Assembly: GCA_002633005.1 (NCBI GenBank)
Contig: NMRA01000649.1
Location: 43,608-107,607, forward strand
DNA from: Phoronis australis
Taxonomy: Eukaryota; Animalia; Phoronida
Length of the DNA: 64,000 bases
Reading direction: 5' to 3'
Shown: positions 12,101 to 23,764 of the stretch, piece by piece
How positions within the stretch are numbered: the stretch's first letter is position 1
Layout: every line of letters begins with the position of its first letter
Notes under the pieces: model-generated
The model's database searches: none
What the model saw: only the letters and a program-made list of their open reading frames with translations
Told to the model about the DNA's origin: nothing
Program-made: the position numbers and the translations under genes

Positions 12101-15100
12101 AGGGTAACAATTTCCTCAAGTTGGGACAACACTTAACAAAATTCACAATTTTCCATTCTTCAAAGGCTTTATACATTACCTCAAACGCCCAGAATTTCCA
12201 AATTGGACAAAAATTAAATTCCGCCTCTCTGACATACTGTGCTCTAAACTGGACATTTTTTATTTTAGTTCTTAATATTCTCAACTCCAAGGCTTGCAGA
12301 ATTTTAGCAAGTGCTTGAAATTACAAAAGCTTTGCATAGTGATATTGCCATCCGCGTTTCAAAGTTAAACTTTATGAAAAGTTATTTTTTTGAGAAATTT
12401 TATGAAATGAATTTTCAATTGCACGCCACATCATGCTGTGAAGTCAAGAATTTTTACCTGTACCATGTACATATCATACCATTCATTAGTCTCGTTAAAC
12501 TTTAATAATCTTGGCGTGCTCAGGTAATACTGTTAACATGTGTCCATTTTCCCATTGCCAGCGAGCGCCCCCTGGTGACAGCTGTTAGATAAAGTCTCAT
12601 GAATCAATACGTCATGGTCGCCATCCTCTGGTTACTTAACCTAGCTCTGTCGGGAGAGTTGGACCTGTGAGCAGTTTGCCAATTTACTGGCTGGCTGTAC
12701 ATGTTCGTAAACGAGTCGCGAGTATAAATATGGTGTAACCTCCGCTAGGGACCTTCTATTAATAAGTGAGTGCAGAGGGTCTCTAGTGAGTGAACACACA
12801 TATTCATGGTCTTCTTAATCAATGCCCTGTGTATACAAATGATTTCACGAGAGACACGCCACAATCAATAGTTGCTCTGTCCTGTTTTTATTGACTGTCT
12901 TTTTGGCCATCTCTTGCCACTGTAAATAAACAAGGCGGCTTGCAGTTAATATTCATCATTGATAGTATACCCACACACACAAATACATGTGATGGAATTT
13001 CTGTTGATGAACTGTCCTTATCAGCTGCCTGATGCTTTCGTTATTCAAGATGCGGATGTAATTCTACTAATTAGCATGCAAAATGGCGAACAAGTGGAGT
13101 TTTATTTTGTCAAATTTCTCTACAAAAAGTAACATCAAAGCAGCTATAAACCTGAATTCCATCGAAGAAAGTAACTTTTGATTTAAGCCAAAGTGATCAC
13201 AACTTTTCCCATCTCCGAGGAGAGGTCAGGTTTCTGGATTTGGAAAAAGTGACCATTTGTTATTGCTGATGACCAAGATCCGTGCGTAATTGACCCGTGA
13301 CCTACCGTATAGTCTAGTCTAGTCTCTTGTAAAAAAGGAGTCCTTACATGTCTAGAAACTCCTCTTATTTGAGTGAGTTTTGGGTCTAATTTCGTAACTG
13401 GTCTGAATGAAAAATTAGTTTTATAACAAAAGGCAGATTTATAGCCACTTTTAAGAAAATTTTTGTCTATTATTAATTCGGTTTGTGTTGTTTTGATGTT
13501 GTCAAACTAAACAACATGTGGTAAAGTTTTGATTATTTATAGCAAGGTAGTCTATCTATGAAAATTTGAAAAGTCAGTTTTGGCAATTGTTTTAATGCAA
13601 ATTGGCTAAGAATTGGTCTAGTCACTGTCGCTTCTTTTTGCTTTCTGTTAATTTGTTCGGTGCGTTCTTTGGTTTTCCTGGGATTTGGATGGATGTTTAA
13701 AGCACTGAGATGCCAGACTGTTTTTCACAAATTCTTTATCAAATCATGCTTTAGGATAATTAATGGCAAGGATTCGCGCAAATAATTGTAAAATATTGGT
13801 AAATGATAGAATTTTTTTCTTGGTCAACCTGGTCTGTCTGGCTCATGAGTTTCAAATTGGGTCAACTGAAAGTCGCTTCTGTGCTCTCGCAATAATTGAC
13901 CTATCACCAGGATTTTGAGTGACGGCTTCAGAAAGCAGCATTCTTAACACACCTTCATTTCTAAGCCGCTATTTTACCCGACAAACAACATATTGTCGGG
14001 TGAAACTTATTGTTAGTTTGTCAGGTGTCACATGACTTTTCACAAGGGGACGAAGCTTGCGATAGGTCAATTACAAGTTGAGAGAGTGAATTCCCTTTGA
14101 CATGGTGACATGCTCTGACGAAACGTTGCCTGAAATTCTGTGACATTTTGTTTTTTTGAAAACTCTGTGACAAAATGTGAACCGAGAAGACTCTTAGTGT
14201 TTTGTTGGGTTTACAGTTATTTTATATTGCATCAATTGTAAAATTATGGAATTCATTGTTATAATCAAATATTGACTAATATTGTGTCTCTCATATGTGA
14301 CAAAAGCAAAGATGATGTTACTAATACATGCAAAAAGCGCAAAAAATTGTTACAAGTGAGACTTCCCTGTGACATTTTGAAAATCTTGAGACTTGTGACA
14401 AATTGTGACCTGCCATTAAACATGAATCCAGTCTCTGAGAGTCATTTGATGTTGAATGTTTTCTGCAGTAAAATCTCGCCAACTCAGTAAACAGTATGGC
14501 CGACAAGTGAAATTTAATGATTTATTTTTTCATAAAAGATATGTAGCACCAAAAAAATGCTATATCATTTTTAAAGATCTGTGTCATAGATACGGTCACA
14601 ATAATTTTAAGAAATTGTGGCCATTCATAGCAATGTTAGAGCCTTTGAAAAATGAACAAAAAACATTTTCCAATTATTTTTGTCCAACATGGACAAGATT
14701 TACCATTATATTTAATTTGACTACATTTTCTTGTTCTCTTTCAGCACTTGATAAGTTGGGGTTTCAGCACGTAATACAACTGGGAATGTCTGTGGAGGTC
14801 GTCCAGCCCAACATTGTCTTTGACATCGCCAGCCTAATGCTATACGGCACGCACGCGGCGCCCATTCGACTCAAGATCCTCCTCGATCGCCTTTTCAGTG
14901 TTCTACAACACGACGAAGTCATTCAAGTTCTCCACGGCTTTGGTTGGTCTTATGAAGACTATGCACGTGGTTATATACTACAGGTATGGCCAGCCACAGA
15001 ACTGGGTTGAATGTTGTACAACTGAGTAGACAGTGTCATTAACGTTTCAAGTAGCAGTAGAGACGGTGGCTATCTCATAGGCCTTCACACCCCTGAAGCT

Positions 15101-18100
15101 TTACACTGATTAAACCATTAGTTACGTTGCTATATGTACCTTTTGCTCATAGAGGGACACCTTAGGAGGCTGATGTCATATCACCTGGCCTGGTGCAAGC
15201 AGTGTAAAAATGGCCAGTTGCCGATTTGTCCAACTGAGCGAAGGGCTGCTCTAAAAAAGTTTGATTACTGGAGTATTTGTTCGAGTTGGAAAGAATTAAA
15301 GACATCTGCGGCCTTCTAAGGTGTCCATCTATGTGCAAAAGGTACTTAAAGCAGCGTGACTTTGATGGTTTAATCAGTGTAAGGCATAGTTTTCCAAAAG
15401 GTTCCCGAAGGGCCTATGGGATTGGCTAATGTTTCTGCTTCTAGTTGATGGTTTTTGGATGTGATTATATTGTTTTTAAATTGGTATCGAGAATCTTTCA
15501 TGCAAAAGATTTGCTAATCTGCGTTTTATTCCGTTACATTTTAAGACTTAGTTTCAGTCTAACTTCTATTTTTGTGTGATGATCGCTTAGCTGCACTCGT
15601 ACCATAAAGCATGTTGCAGGAGACTTGTCTAATGTGTCACCAAGTTATCCGTGATGTCACTGGATGTTTTGGAGCCGACAAAAGTTCTACTTTTTCATTT
15701 GAAAAACAACAACAGCGCCCTCTATTGTTACTTTGGTGTAATCAACTCGGACTAAGCTATGTCCCACCCACTCAAACCAAGCTATGTCCCACCCATAATA
15801 GATGCAAGACTAAAATTCTTACACGGCAATTGACTGTCTATCACAAGGCTTTACACAAACTGCATGGCCATTTTCTTCTCACGAACACTAGTCGTAAAAA
15901 GGACTACGGGGTGTTAGCAAGAAGGAAGTTGTGAATGCGACGTGCTACGCTTCATTCAGATGTTGTAAAATTTCCCATGTGTAGAGGAACTGTTCAATTT
16001 GTGTTATTGAAAAGGAGACATTTCCACCATGTTGTGATTCATGGATTGATTATTTTTTCAGTCAATCAATTTATTTCTGCAATAAAGGCCATAGGCCCAC
16101 TGTACAAAAGAACAACTTGTATCATACTTAAGAGTGCAGTAAGGTATCACGGAGACGAAAAGCATAAAATACACATTTTCATACTAGGTAAACTAATTAT
16201 CATCACTTGTTGACATTAATCTGTTGAACTTGAAAAAAGACTGAAAAATTCCAGTGGTGCACTTCAAATTAATTTTCTCTCAGTTCAGAATATTTATCAC
16301 AGCTTAGAAGGAAATGATACTCGTCTTCTACAACATTGGGGCAGAAGGGACACATGCAGTTTGCCCTATTCAAATTCAAGTGCCTGCCTACTTCAATCAC
16401 GAGACTGTGGCTGGAAAACGAAAACGTGCCATGGACATAATTTGTGCACTGGGTGTAAATGATATCACAATCAAAATGAAAGGTCGCTTACAGTTGGAAC
16501 TTGTATCTAAAAACCACAAACATTTTGGGCGGGGCCTTTCCTCGCTTTGTTTGGTGAAGGAAACTACAGAATATGCCTAAGAAGGTAGTACATGGTGTAA
16601 TAACATATGATACGTTACAAGACAAAAATGGTCGGACAATTCACTGTTTCCCCATTGTGATGCGTAATATTTATCACCAAAAATTACAGAGTGGCTTAGC
16701 CACGTTACTGAATTTGCTGTTAATCCTCGTTCATTCTCGGTCGTAAGGGACGACAACTGCAACGATGAATTTCGACTTCCATCCTGCTGTCGCGACGGAA
16801 TTGCAGGTCGTTGTTTCTGAATACTTTTGGCTTGTATTGTACATTAATGTTTTCTACAGCTCGTGTAGGTTAAGGGGCACGTGATGAACTGACGAAAACA
16901 TCAGTGAAGGACAGATTAAGTACACTGGAACACAATTTTCAGCCAAGAAAACTTGCCGCCTAAATACTAACCTCTTAAGTGTGAAAAAGTGCTTCTCATA
17001 TCTACGTCTTGTGCAGAGTTTGCGTGTTTTAGATTTTAATGTGATTATTTCTTCACCAGGATGCTTCAGGTCGAGTGCTTGACAAGTGGAGCATCGTGAC
17101 TCGTGAAGAAGAGGATGTCATCATCCAGCAGTTTCTTCGTTTCGGCGAGACCCGCGCCATCGCCCAGGAGATAATTATTCAAGGAACACGAGACAGGACA
17201 GAGTTGCCGCGCACAATACCAAAAACGGAGTCGGAAATCAGGAAGTTTATCGAGAGGAACACGTTTAACATCCAGAGCTACATGCGGTCGCTCGAAGCTC
17301 ATCGCCTACTAGGGGGCAAGTTCATGTATCCGCCCGGCGCCTCCGCTGCTGCTGCGGCTCTCATTGGCCTGCCAACGCTAGGATCCTTCCCAGCCGCCAC
17401 CACTGCTGCCGCAACATCCGCGTCAGCTTCATCACCAGCTCAGGAATTTCCCAAGTCAGAGTCGTCGGCCGTAACTAGCAAATCAGTCACGTCTCCCCTC
17501 AATCAACTACAAACTATGCAGGCACTTGATTACTGTGCGGAAAAGGACAGTCCCAATAGTAGCCCAGGGTCATCCACAAGTGACCGGCACCGTGCTAGCT
17601 CATCAGCCAGTCACAGCCCGCAGTCTAATCCCCCCACCCTGGCTACTGCCGTACCCCTTGTGAAAGTCCCTCAGATGCTTCCGCTGACCCCGTTTGCTCA
17701 AAGCAGCTTTAAATCTCATTTTACCTTGCCTGGTCTGACACCCCCCAGTTTCGGCGTGGCTTCCAGTTCAGAATCTCAGGAGGTGGCAATCAACTACTCT
17801 ACCAAAGATACGACGAGAGACCCTGTGCAAGAGTCTTATAAACTCAAGCATCTTCGTAAGTCGTCTATGCCTCTCAAACGCAACTGGGCCCCTAGTGGCG
17901 TATTTGGACATTCGTTTATTTCACCTAGTGGCAAGAAGCGCGTACTATGTACAGTGTGCAACAAGACTTTCTGTGATAAAGGAGCGTTGAAGATTCACTA
18001 CAGTGCTGTTCACCTCAAGGAGATGCATAAGTGCACAGTGGACGGCTGTAATATGATGTTCAGTTCTCGTCGGAGTCGCAACCGGCACAGTGCTAACCCC

Positions 18101-19768
18101 AACCCTAAGCTACACCAGCCACAGAAGCGCAAAATCCCTGAGGGAGCGACAATCGTGGAGGACGGCAAGATATCGTCCCCAGATCCCCGTGACATGATAG
18201 AGATTCCGGCGTCAGCGGTACCACTGCATGACATGAGCCCCATTGTGGGGAAGTCCTTGCTCCAAACGACCTCGCTTCCAAATGCAATCCAACGGAGCAT
18301 CGCTGACCATCGGCGCTTCTTTTTGGAGGATCAAGACGAAGATGAGCCTGATTCTCCAAAGAGGTTGAGAATTGATGAGCCTGATGAGAAAAGTTCAAAG
18401 GTCAAGGTGGAGGCGTTGAATACGTCTAAAGACGAATCAGTTGATAGTCCGCACTTGCAGCAAAGACCAGGTCAAGAACATCTCAGGGGAACACGCAAAC
18501 GCAAACGGCTTGTTCCAACGCGATACCCTCAGGCGACAGAAGAGGAGGAGTTTGTGATGAGTGACAACTCTGATGAAGATGAAAACAGCAATGAGGGCGT
18601 GGCTTGTGGTGAAGCAGGTTCATGCTCTAAAGGTGACTGTAGGCCGGGCGTAGGCTGCAGAGAAGAACTCGGCGCCAACAGTCCGGGCTACGATGATAAT
18701 TTTAATGACGAGGTATCTAGTAATGGTTCCCCTGGGGAGAGGGAAGACATCAGTTTCCTGATGCCAGAACAAGACAAACCGGAAGCGAGGTTGGCTGACT
18801 CCAACTACTTCAAGTCGGCGGCCTTTCGCGAGATCCAAGAAAGAGCTCTGAAACAAATGTACGGTATACCTTGTGATTCGTCGACATGTGATAAACCCAG
18901 AAATCCTCTATTCATGCTACCTCGTAATTTATCGGAAGGCGGGCACTACGATGGTCACCATCCGTTGCGGATGTCCGTGGGCACGCAGTCAGATCAGGAA
19001 TCAAATGGCTCAAGTGACAACTCTGACGATGAGTCGGTGAGCCATGTGAGACGCCACAATGGTGACGGATCGCCCCCGCTGTCGGCGGCAGAGGAGGAAG
19101 AGGAGTGTTGTGAGATTCCTGTTGACTGCGACAACCCTAACAAGTGTCCAGCGTGTGACGTGGAATTTCACAACACATTCGCTGTGAAGACGCACTACCA
19201 GAGCGTTCACCTGCAGCTGAAACACACGTGTACCATCGATGGCTGCAACGCCGCGTTTCCATCGAAACGCAGCCGTAACCGACACAGTGGCAACCTCAAT
19301 CTGCACCGCAAGCTTCTCTCGACTACAGAGCAAGGTAACCCCAGTCCGACAGATGAGTTCCGTTCTCATTTTTATGATTCTGCAATAATCAAGAAACACA
19401 ATGGTCATGGTATGAAGGCTGACCCTGAGGAGATCACGGCAAGTATACCAACTGCAGTCGTGCTCAACAGAGGGCTCTTGCCCCCACAGAAATCTGGGTC
19501 ACATGCAGCTGTTGTAGCTGATGCACATGTTGTTGCCGATAACGATGACCACAGCTGTTCAGAGTTTGAGAACTATGTCAAGTGTCATATATGCAATGAT
19601 AGTTTCCGTGACAACCTGGTCCTTAAGGAACATTTAGAGAAGGTTCATCCCAAAGACATGTATAGGTGCACTATCAATGGCTGTGATAAAGTGTTCTCCA
19701 CTAGGAAGAGCCGCAACCGTCACAGTCAAAATGACAATCTGCACAGGAATATCTCACCTAAGATTTAG
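9032..19768 (+). CDS. BNC2: Basonuclin/disconnected family C2H2 zinc-finger protein (BNC2-like), spliced gene model, 5'-incomplete
   Basis: Exons 9032-9134, 14745-14983 and 17060-19768 join in frame (3051 nt) with AG/GT ends. The translation [18 protein letters not shown]...[14 protein letters not shown]...[30 protein letters not shown]...[27 protein letters not shown]...QQFLRFGET matches the conserved basonuclin N-terminal region, followed by three finger pairs. No start codon was found. It is probably co-orthologous to BNC1 and BNC2. Confidence 0.93.
12565..12578 (-). promoter_or_regulatory. CTCF-like motif in basonuclin intron
   Basis: GCGCCCCCTGGTGA differs by one base from the reverse complement of the CTCF core CCACCAGGGGGCGC. 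Confidence 0.4.
13894..14072. mobile_element. MITE with AATTGACCTAT termini, copy 1
   Basis: AATTGACCTATC...GATAGGTCAATT; homologous along its length to 22053-22231. Confidence 0.7.
14080..14437. mobile_element. MITE with TGTGACA subterminal repeats, copy 1
   Basis: Reverse-complement homolog of 40944-41290; ends GAATCCAGTCTCTG. Confidence 0.65.
14745..14983 (+). CDS. BNC2: Basonuclin exon (239 nt)
   Basis: ctctttcag|CA CTT GAT AAG...CTA CAG|gtatgg; lies inside ORF 14456..15010 and encodes ALDKLGFQH...ARGYILQ. Confidence 0.94.
15139..15342. mobile_element. TA-flanked palindromic MITE (CCTTTTGCGCATAG family), internally deleted copy
   Basis: TA|CCTTTTGCTCATAGAGGGACACCTTAG...CTAAGGTGTCCATCTATGTGCAAAAGG|TA; homologous to 44597-44926 and 38912-39042. 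Confidence 0.75.
16616..16836. mobile_element. Diverged MITE (TACAAGACAAAA termini); second copy at 31229-31467
   Basis: TACAAGACAAAA...TTTTGGCTTGTA; shares ATTACAGA..GCTTAGCCAC, TTCATTCTC.GTC and GATGAATTT with 31229-31467. Confidence 0.55.
17060..19768 (+). CDS. BNC2: Basonuclin terminal coding exon with all six zinc fingers
   Basis: cttcaccag|GAT GCT TCA GGT CGA, in frame with ORF 17075..19768. Finger pairs lie at about 17948-18115 ([22 protein letters not shown]...[16 protein letters not shown], the disco signature), 19145-19306 and 19583-19744. Confidence 0.96.
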   Translation, partial: DASGRVLDKWSIVTREEEDVIIQQFLRFGETRAIAQEIIIQGTRDRTELPRTIPKTESEIRKFIERNTFNIQSYMRSLEAHRLLGGKFMYPPGASAAAAALIGLPTLGSFPAATTAAATSASASSPAQEFPKSESSAVTSKSVTSPLNQLQTMQALDYCAEKDSPNSSPGSSTSDRHRASSSASHSPQSNPPTLATAVPLVKVPQMLPLTPFAQSSFKSHFTLPGLTPPSFGVASSSESQEVAINYSTKDTTRDPVQESYKLKHLRKSSMPLKRNWAPSGVFGHSFISPSGKKRVLCTVCNKTFCDKGALKIHYSAVHLKEMHKCTVDGCNMMFSSRRSRNRHSANPNPKLHQPQKRKIPEGATIVEDGKISSPDPRDMIEIPASAVPLHDMSPIVGKSLLQTTSLPNAIQRSIADHRRFFLEDQDEDEPDSPKRLRIDEPDEKSSKVKVEALNTSKDESVDSPHLQQRPGQEHLRGTRKRKRLVPTRYPQATEEEEFVMSDNSDEDENSNEGVACGEAGSCSKGDCRPGVGCREELGANSPGYDDNFNDEVSSNGSPGEREDISFLMPEQDKPEARLADSNYFKSAAFREIQERALKQMYGIPCDSSTCDKPRNPLFMLPRNLSEGGHYDGHHPLRMSVGTQSDQESNGSSDNSDDESVSHVRRHNGDGSPPLSAAEEEEECCEIPVDCDNPNKCPACDVEFHNTFAVKTHYQSVHLQLKHTCTIDGCNAAFPSKRSRNRHSGNLNLHRKLLSTTEQGNPSPTDEFRSHFYDSAIIKKHNGHGMKADPEEITASIPTAVVLNRGLLPPQKSGSHAAVVADAHVVADNDDHSCSEFENYVKCHICNDSFRDNLVLKEHLEKVHPKDMYRCTINGCDKVFSTRKSRNRHSQNDNLHRNISPKI

Positions 19769-20761
19769 TTTCCAGGCTCCTTCCTACAGTAGATGTCACT
19801 GTCCTACGACAAGCTACCAGCATGACTATCGTGTAGCATTTAATACATGTGTGGGATGATTCTTTTTAGTCAAAATGTTCTCGGTATTATTGTGCAGTTT
19901 ATATGATGCATTACTAATAATCTATGGCATGTGCAAAGTCAATTGTACTTATGACTTAAAAAAGTGAGTTTAAAATTTCATTAAATCAGTATTTAAAGAG
20001 CATTTAGCTGCTTTACTGAGACCAATGTTCATGGTTTTTCGTGGTCTTCTGTTTTCGTTGTTGTCTTGTTTTTAATACGGGTGGTTTTAATACATATATC
20101 ATTATTTAAAGACATAAAGGAAGTTTTAAGAATTTTATGGTGCAATAAGTAAATTATTAAGTAAGACTGTGTTGTTCAGTATATGATGCCGAGAGAATGG
20201 GTGGAACTGGATGAGATGAAGTTTTGTAAGGTTTCGATCAACAGAGGTCACTTTTTGCATTGTTTACAGGTGCCACGTTCTCATGTCTTATGGATTTAAT
20301 TATGTAATGTTCAGTGCTATAGATCTCTGTGTAATACTGCTGGCTACATGATTGTTTAGAGTCTCGAGTCTTAACTTTTTTTGTCTGAGACATTTAGCTG
20401 AATTGATTTCACTTGTTTTGAACTGAGGTAATGTGCGGTAAAATTACTGTTGGAACTTTTGTCGTAGAAAGTTGAGGTTATCCATGGTTTTGAAAGACTT
20501 TGTTTTGAAGGAGACAACTAAAGGCTCTTGAATTGGAGAAATTTTTTTATTTGGAAAAATGTGTTTTTCTTAAAGGTTCTAAAGAGTGTTTCTTTGATAT
20601 GTTTTAGTGTTCCAAATTGTTGAGGCTTCCTAAATTAAGAATTTTTTCCGTATTGTTTTAAATGCATAACAGTTGATACCTTGGCTTTTTACGATCTAAC
20701 ATAAAATGCTGCCAAAGTAGGTTTTTATGAGTAAGAATGAACTACAGGATCAGATGGTTAA

Positions 20762-21207
20762 AGCCACAGGCAGAGTTAAATGGACCGTTTCAATTCACCG
20801 TCTTAACAGTAAAGTGAATCAACTATACACTGCTGAATCTAATTATTTATGTTATGAATGAACTCTTTCCATCCACAGCACAGTAAAAATTCTTCAGTTA
20901 GGGACACAACATGGCGAACAGGTGAAATGTCGTTATGTCAAGTTTTTCAACAAAAATAACTTTCCAAAAAAATGTACTTTGCTTTTAGCGTGGTTTGTAT
21001 GACGTAGCTGTTGTCTAACGACATTTGCTAAAATTTTGAGCATTTGCAACTATGTGGTAAGCCTCTGAAAAATAGAAACACGACAATTTTACCAATTATT
21101 TTTTCCCAACTTGAAGAATTTTTACCGTAATTGTGTTGCTGTGTGACTTCAAGAAGCTTTAAAGAGTTACCCAAACTAATCTTTCAAATACTGTACTGTG
21201 TGTGGCT
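20762..21207. mobile_element. Kolobok-like TTAA MITE interrupted by a nested MITE
   Basis: TTAA|AGCCACAGGCAG...CTGTGTGTGGCT|TTAA; an uninterrupted relative lies at 22476-22691. Confidence 0.6.
20881..21127. mobile_element. Tc1/mariner-like MITE (C(A/G)GTAAAAATTCTTCA termini), abundant family
   Basis: CAGTAAAAATTCTTCA...TGAAGAATTTTTACCG|TA. Related copies lie at 21467-21659 and about 26172-26420 (inverted), with fragments at about 59150-59360 and 60395-60460, and longer relatives at 49571-49947 and 52959-53180. Confidence 0.75.
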
Positions 21208-22052
21208 TTAACAATTTGTCAGTTAGTTTTGCTTTGTTGACAATCAGTGCAAGAATAGAATTTAATGTGATGAGTGTGTGATAATGTACTCTTACACTGT
21301 TTCGTAGGTTTCTGGGTGGTCTGTAGAGTTCTCGTCAGCACCTGAAAATGACTAGGGGTTCCGTTTTATCAATGTAAGATGTCGTCCTGTGCATGAGGAT
21401 GAACTCTGCTTCTTTCATTATCTTGGTATTCTATCTTTGCCTGTACTTTGAATAACTTCGTTACTACGGTTACAATTCTTCACTTTGGAACACAATATGG
21501 CAGACAGGTGAAACTTCGTTATGTCAAATTTCTCAACAAAAGTAATTTTTCACGAAAATTGCTTTGCTTTTAGTATGATTTGTATGGCATAGGTAAAATT
21601 GGCCTATTAAAAAAGAATTTTAGCGAATATTGTTGTCCCAAATTGAAGAATGTTTACTGTAACCATTTTTATCAATCGTCTTAGTTGACAAAATGGGTTC
21701 ACAGTCTGCAGGACAAAACAAAATAGCGGGGCTGGATTTTGAGTGTGTTCAATATCGTTTTGGGCATAATGAGAGACTGCTCAAAACACTTTCTCAGTCC
21801 TGTTCAGTCCTAGAATTTTGTAAGGGTCATGACCTCTAGGAGCACTTACTGCTCACAATTTTTTTATCCATACATTGAGCATGGTGTATTTAAGTATGCA
21901 TTCTTTTATGTGTGTATTACATATAGCAGCATTTCACCCTATTCAGTTGCTTAAAAATGAAAATCGAATTTGGCCTTATACGTTCATGAAATCGACCTCA
22001 TTATAGTACTTTCCGTGATAGTTTTCTATTTCCGTTACCAACAAAAACATCC

Positions 22053-22231
22053 AATTGACCTATTGCCAGGACTTTGAGTGATGGCTTAAGTAACCAATCA
22101 GAACACAGCATTCTTGACACACCTTCGTTTTCAAGCCGCCATTATACCCGACAAACAACACCTTGCTGGGTAAAACTTATCGTTTGTTTGTCGACATTTC
22201 GCAAGGGGGTGGAGCTTGCGATTGGTCAATT
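22053..22231. mobile_element. MITE with AATTGACCTAT termini, copy 2
   Basis: AATTGACCTATTGC...GCGATTGGTCAATT; shares internal CAGCATTCTT(A/G)ACACACCTTC and TACCCGACAAACAACA with copy 1. Confidence 0.7.
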
Positions 22232-22475
22232 GGTGACTCAAGAAAAAATTTCAGTGTTTATTGGTGTTGATCACCACTAAAATAGGGAATTCGAAAATGG
22301 CGCGTGTATTCATTTCCTGCAACTTGAGTTGGTGACAGAATTGTTGTGGTAAGGAATATTACGAGACCGATTTCATGGGAATAAAAAGCCTAATTGAATT
22401 TTTGTTTATTAACCACTTTAACAGGGTTAGATGCAGATTGAAATATTTGTTTATTAAAGTTCGTCCTTAGTTTAA

Positions 22476-22691
22476 AGCCTCATACAGCATGGTTAGGTCA
22501 AGTCAAAATCATTAACTTCGAACTTGAATAAAGACAATCTTTTGCAAAAAATTGATCTTTTTGGCAAACTCCTGAATTCTCAGTGTGGCGGTGTGGTGTT
22601 ATTGTGGGAGATCTGATTCACAAAATGAAATAGCATCTAAAAAGCTTTTGGCCAAAATAGTAATGTTTTTAAGACTGGGCTGTGTGTGGCT
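22476..22691. mobile_element. Kolobok-like TTAA MITE
   Basis: TTAA|AGCCTCATACAGC...GCTGTGTGTGGCT|TTAA. Confidence 0.65.
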
Positions 22692-23612
22692 TTAAGATAT
22701 CTTCAATGATCTATTGAATCTCTTTGTTTACAGGCAGTATTGTTGCAAAGTTTTGCATTTAGGTTGGTCAGTTATTATTTAATATTCTCTTCACTTCATA
22801 TTCACAATGTCTATAATACAATATTCTTATCCAGCGTATTCACATTATAATGCAATATTCTCACATTATGTTTTCCACCTAAGAATGTTTTCTGCATGGA
22901 TACTGAGCAAGTTGTTTTATGTGCCAATTTCATTATATTGTTGGGGGTTTAACGGTGTAGTGCATAGGTATTTAAGCCTGATCTCAGCGATCTTCCATAC
23001 ACTGTGGGCACGGATAGTGCACTTTTCATGTTTGAAAGTTATATTTATTGTTATTTAGCACTTGTGATTTCAAGTTATAAATATATATGGTAAAATGTCA
23101 CCAATTTACATCACGACAGGCCAGTGAAATTTATTTTTTCGAGTAGCACCAAATAAACACTTAATCATCATTAAGTTCAATCTACCATAGCGTTTGAAAA
23201 ATCGTGGGCGCTCTCAACTGTGTCAAAAGCCTTTGAAAAGTCACGGAAAATATCTACTTTGTCGTTGTGAAATTGGTGAGATTTTACTGTTCTAGCGCAT
23301 CTCCAGATACGAGTGATAATAATGTGTTGAACACTAAAAGATATAGTATCGTGTTAAAGTGTTAATATCATAAATCAAGTCTTCTCACTTCGCTAGTAGT
23401 TGCTGTATTTATTTTAGTTGTAGAATTATTTTGTATTTAAATTTATTTATTGTTAATTTATTGGCTCCCTCTAGTCCCCTGTTGGACACTTTGTTTATGT
23501 TCAAAATGTAAAGCATTGTTATTCACTGACTAGATCAATATAGCTCAACATTTTTAGTTACAACCAATCGGTCTTGCACTTTGCACAGCAATGAAACACA
23601 TCAACGTGATCC

Positions 23613-23764
23613 AACTATTATTAAAATCTCTTGGTCTATTTACACCGACCTCTTGTCTATTTACACTGTCACGACGTTTTGGTCGGTCTATTCTCTGAAA
23701 CGTCGTGACGTTGTTCATACACAAGAAGTCAGTGTAAATAGACCAAGAGATTTTGATAATAGTT
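23613..23764. repeat. 152-bp imperfect palindrome (probable MITE)
   Basis: AACTATTATTAAAATCTCTTGGTCTATTTACACCGAC pairs with GTCAGTGTAAATAGACCAAGAGATTTTGATAATAGTT; inner stem GTCACGACGTTT/AAACGTCGTGAC. Confidence 0.85.

Noticed and set aside
14456-14744. N-terminal part of ORF 14456..15010
   Set aside because: Intronic read-through; homology begins only after the acceptor at 14743-14744.
18010-19408. Antisense ORFs inside the basonuclin exon, and similar ones opposite CHAF1A exons
   Set aside because: Shadow frames of GC-richer coding sequence with no recognisable motifs.
21295-21340. Minus-strand hammerhead candidate CTGACGAG...CGAAAC
   Set aside because: The intervening sequence does not form stem II.
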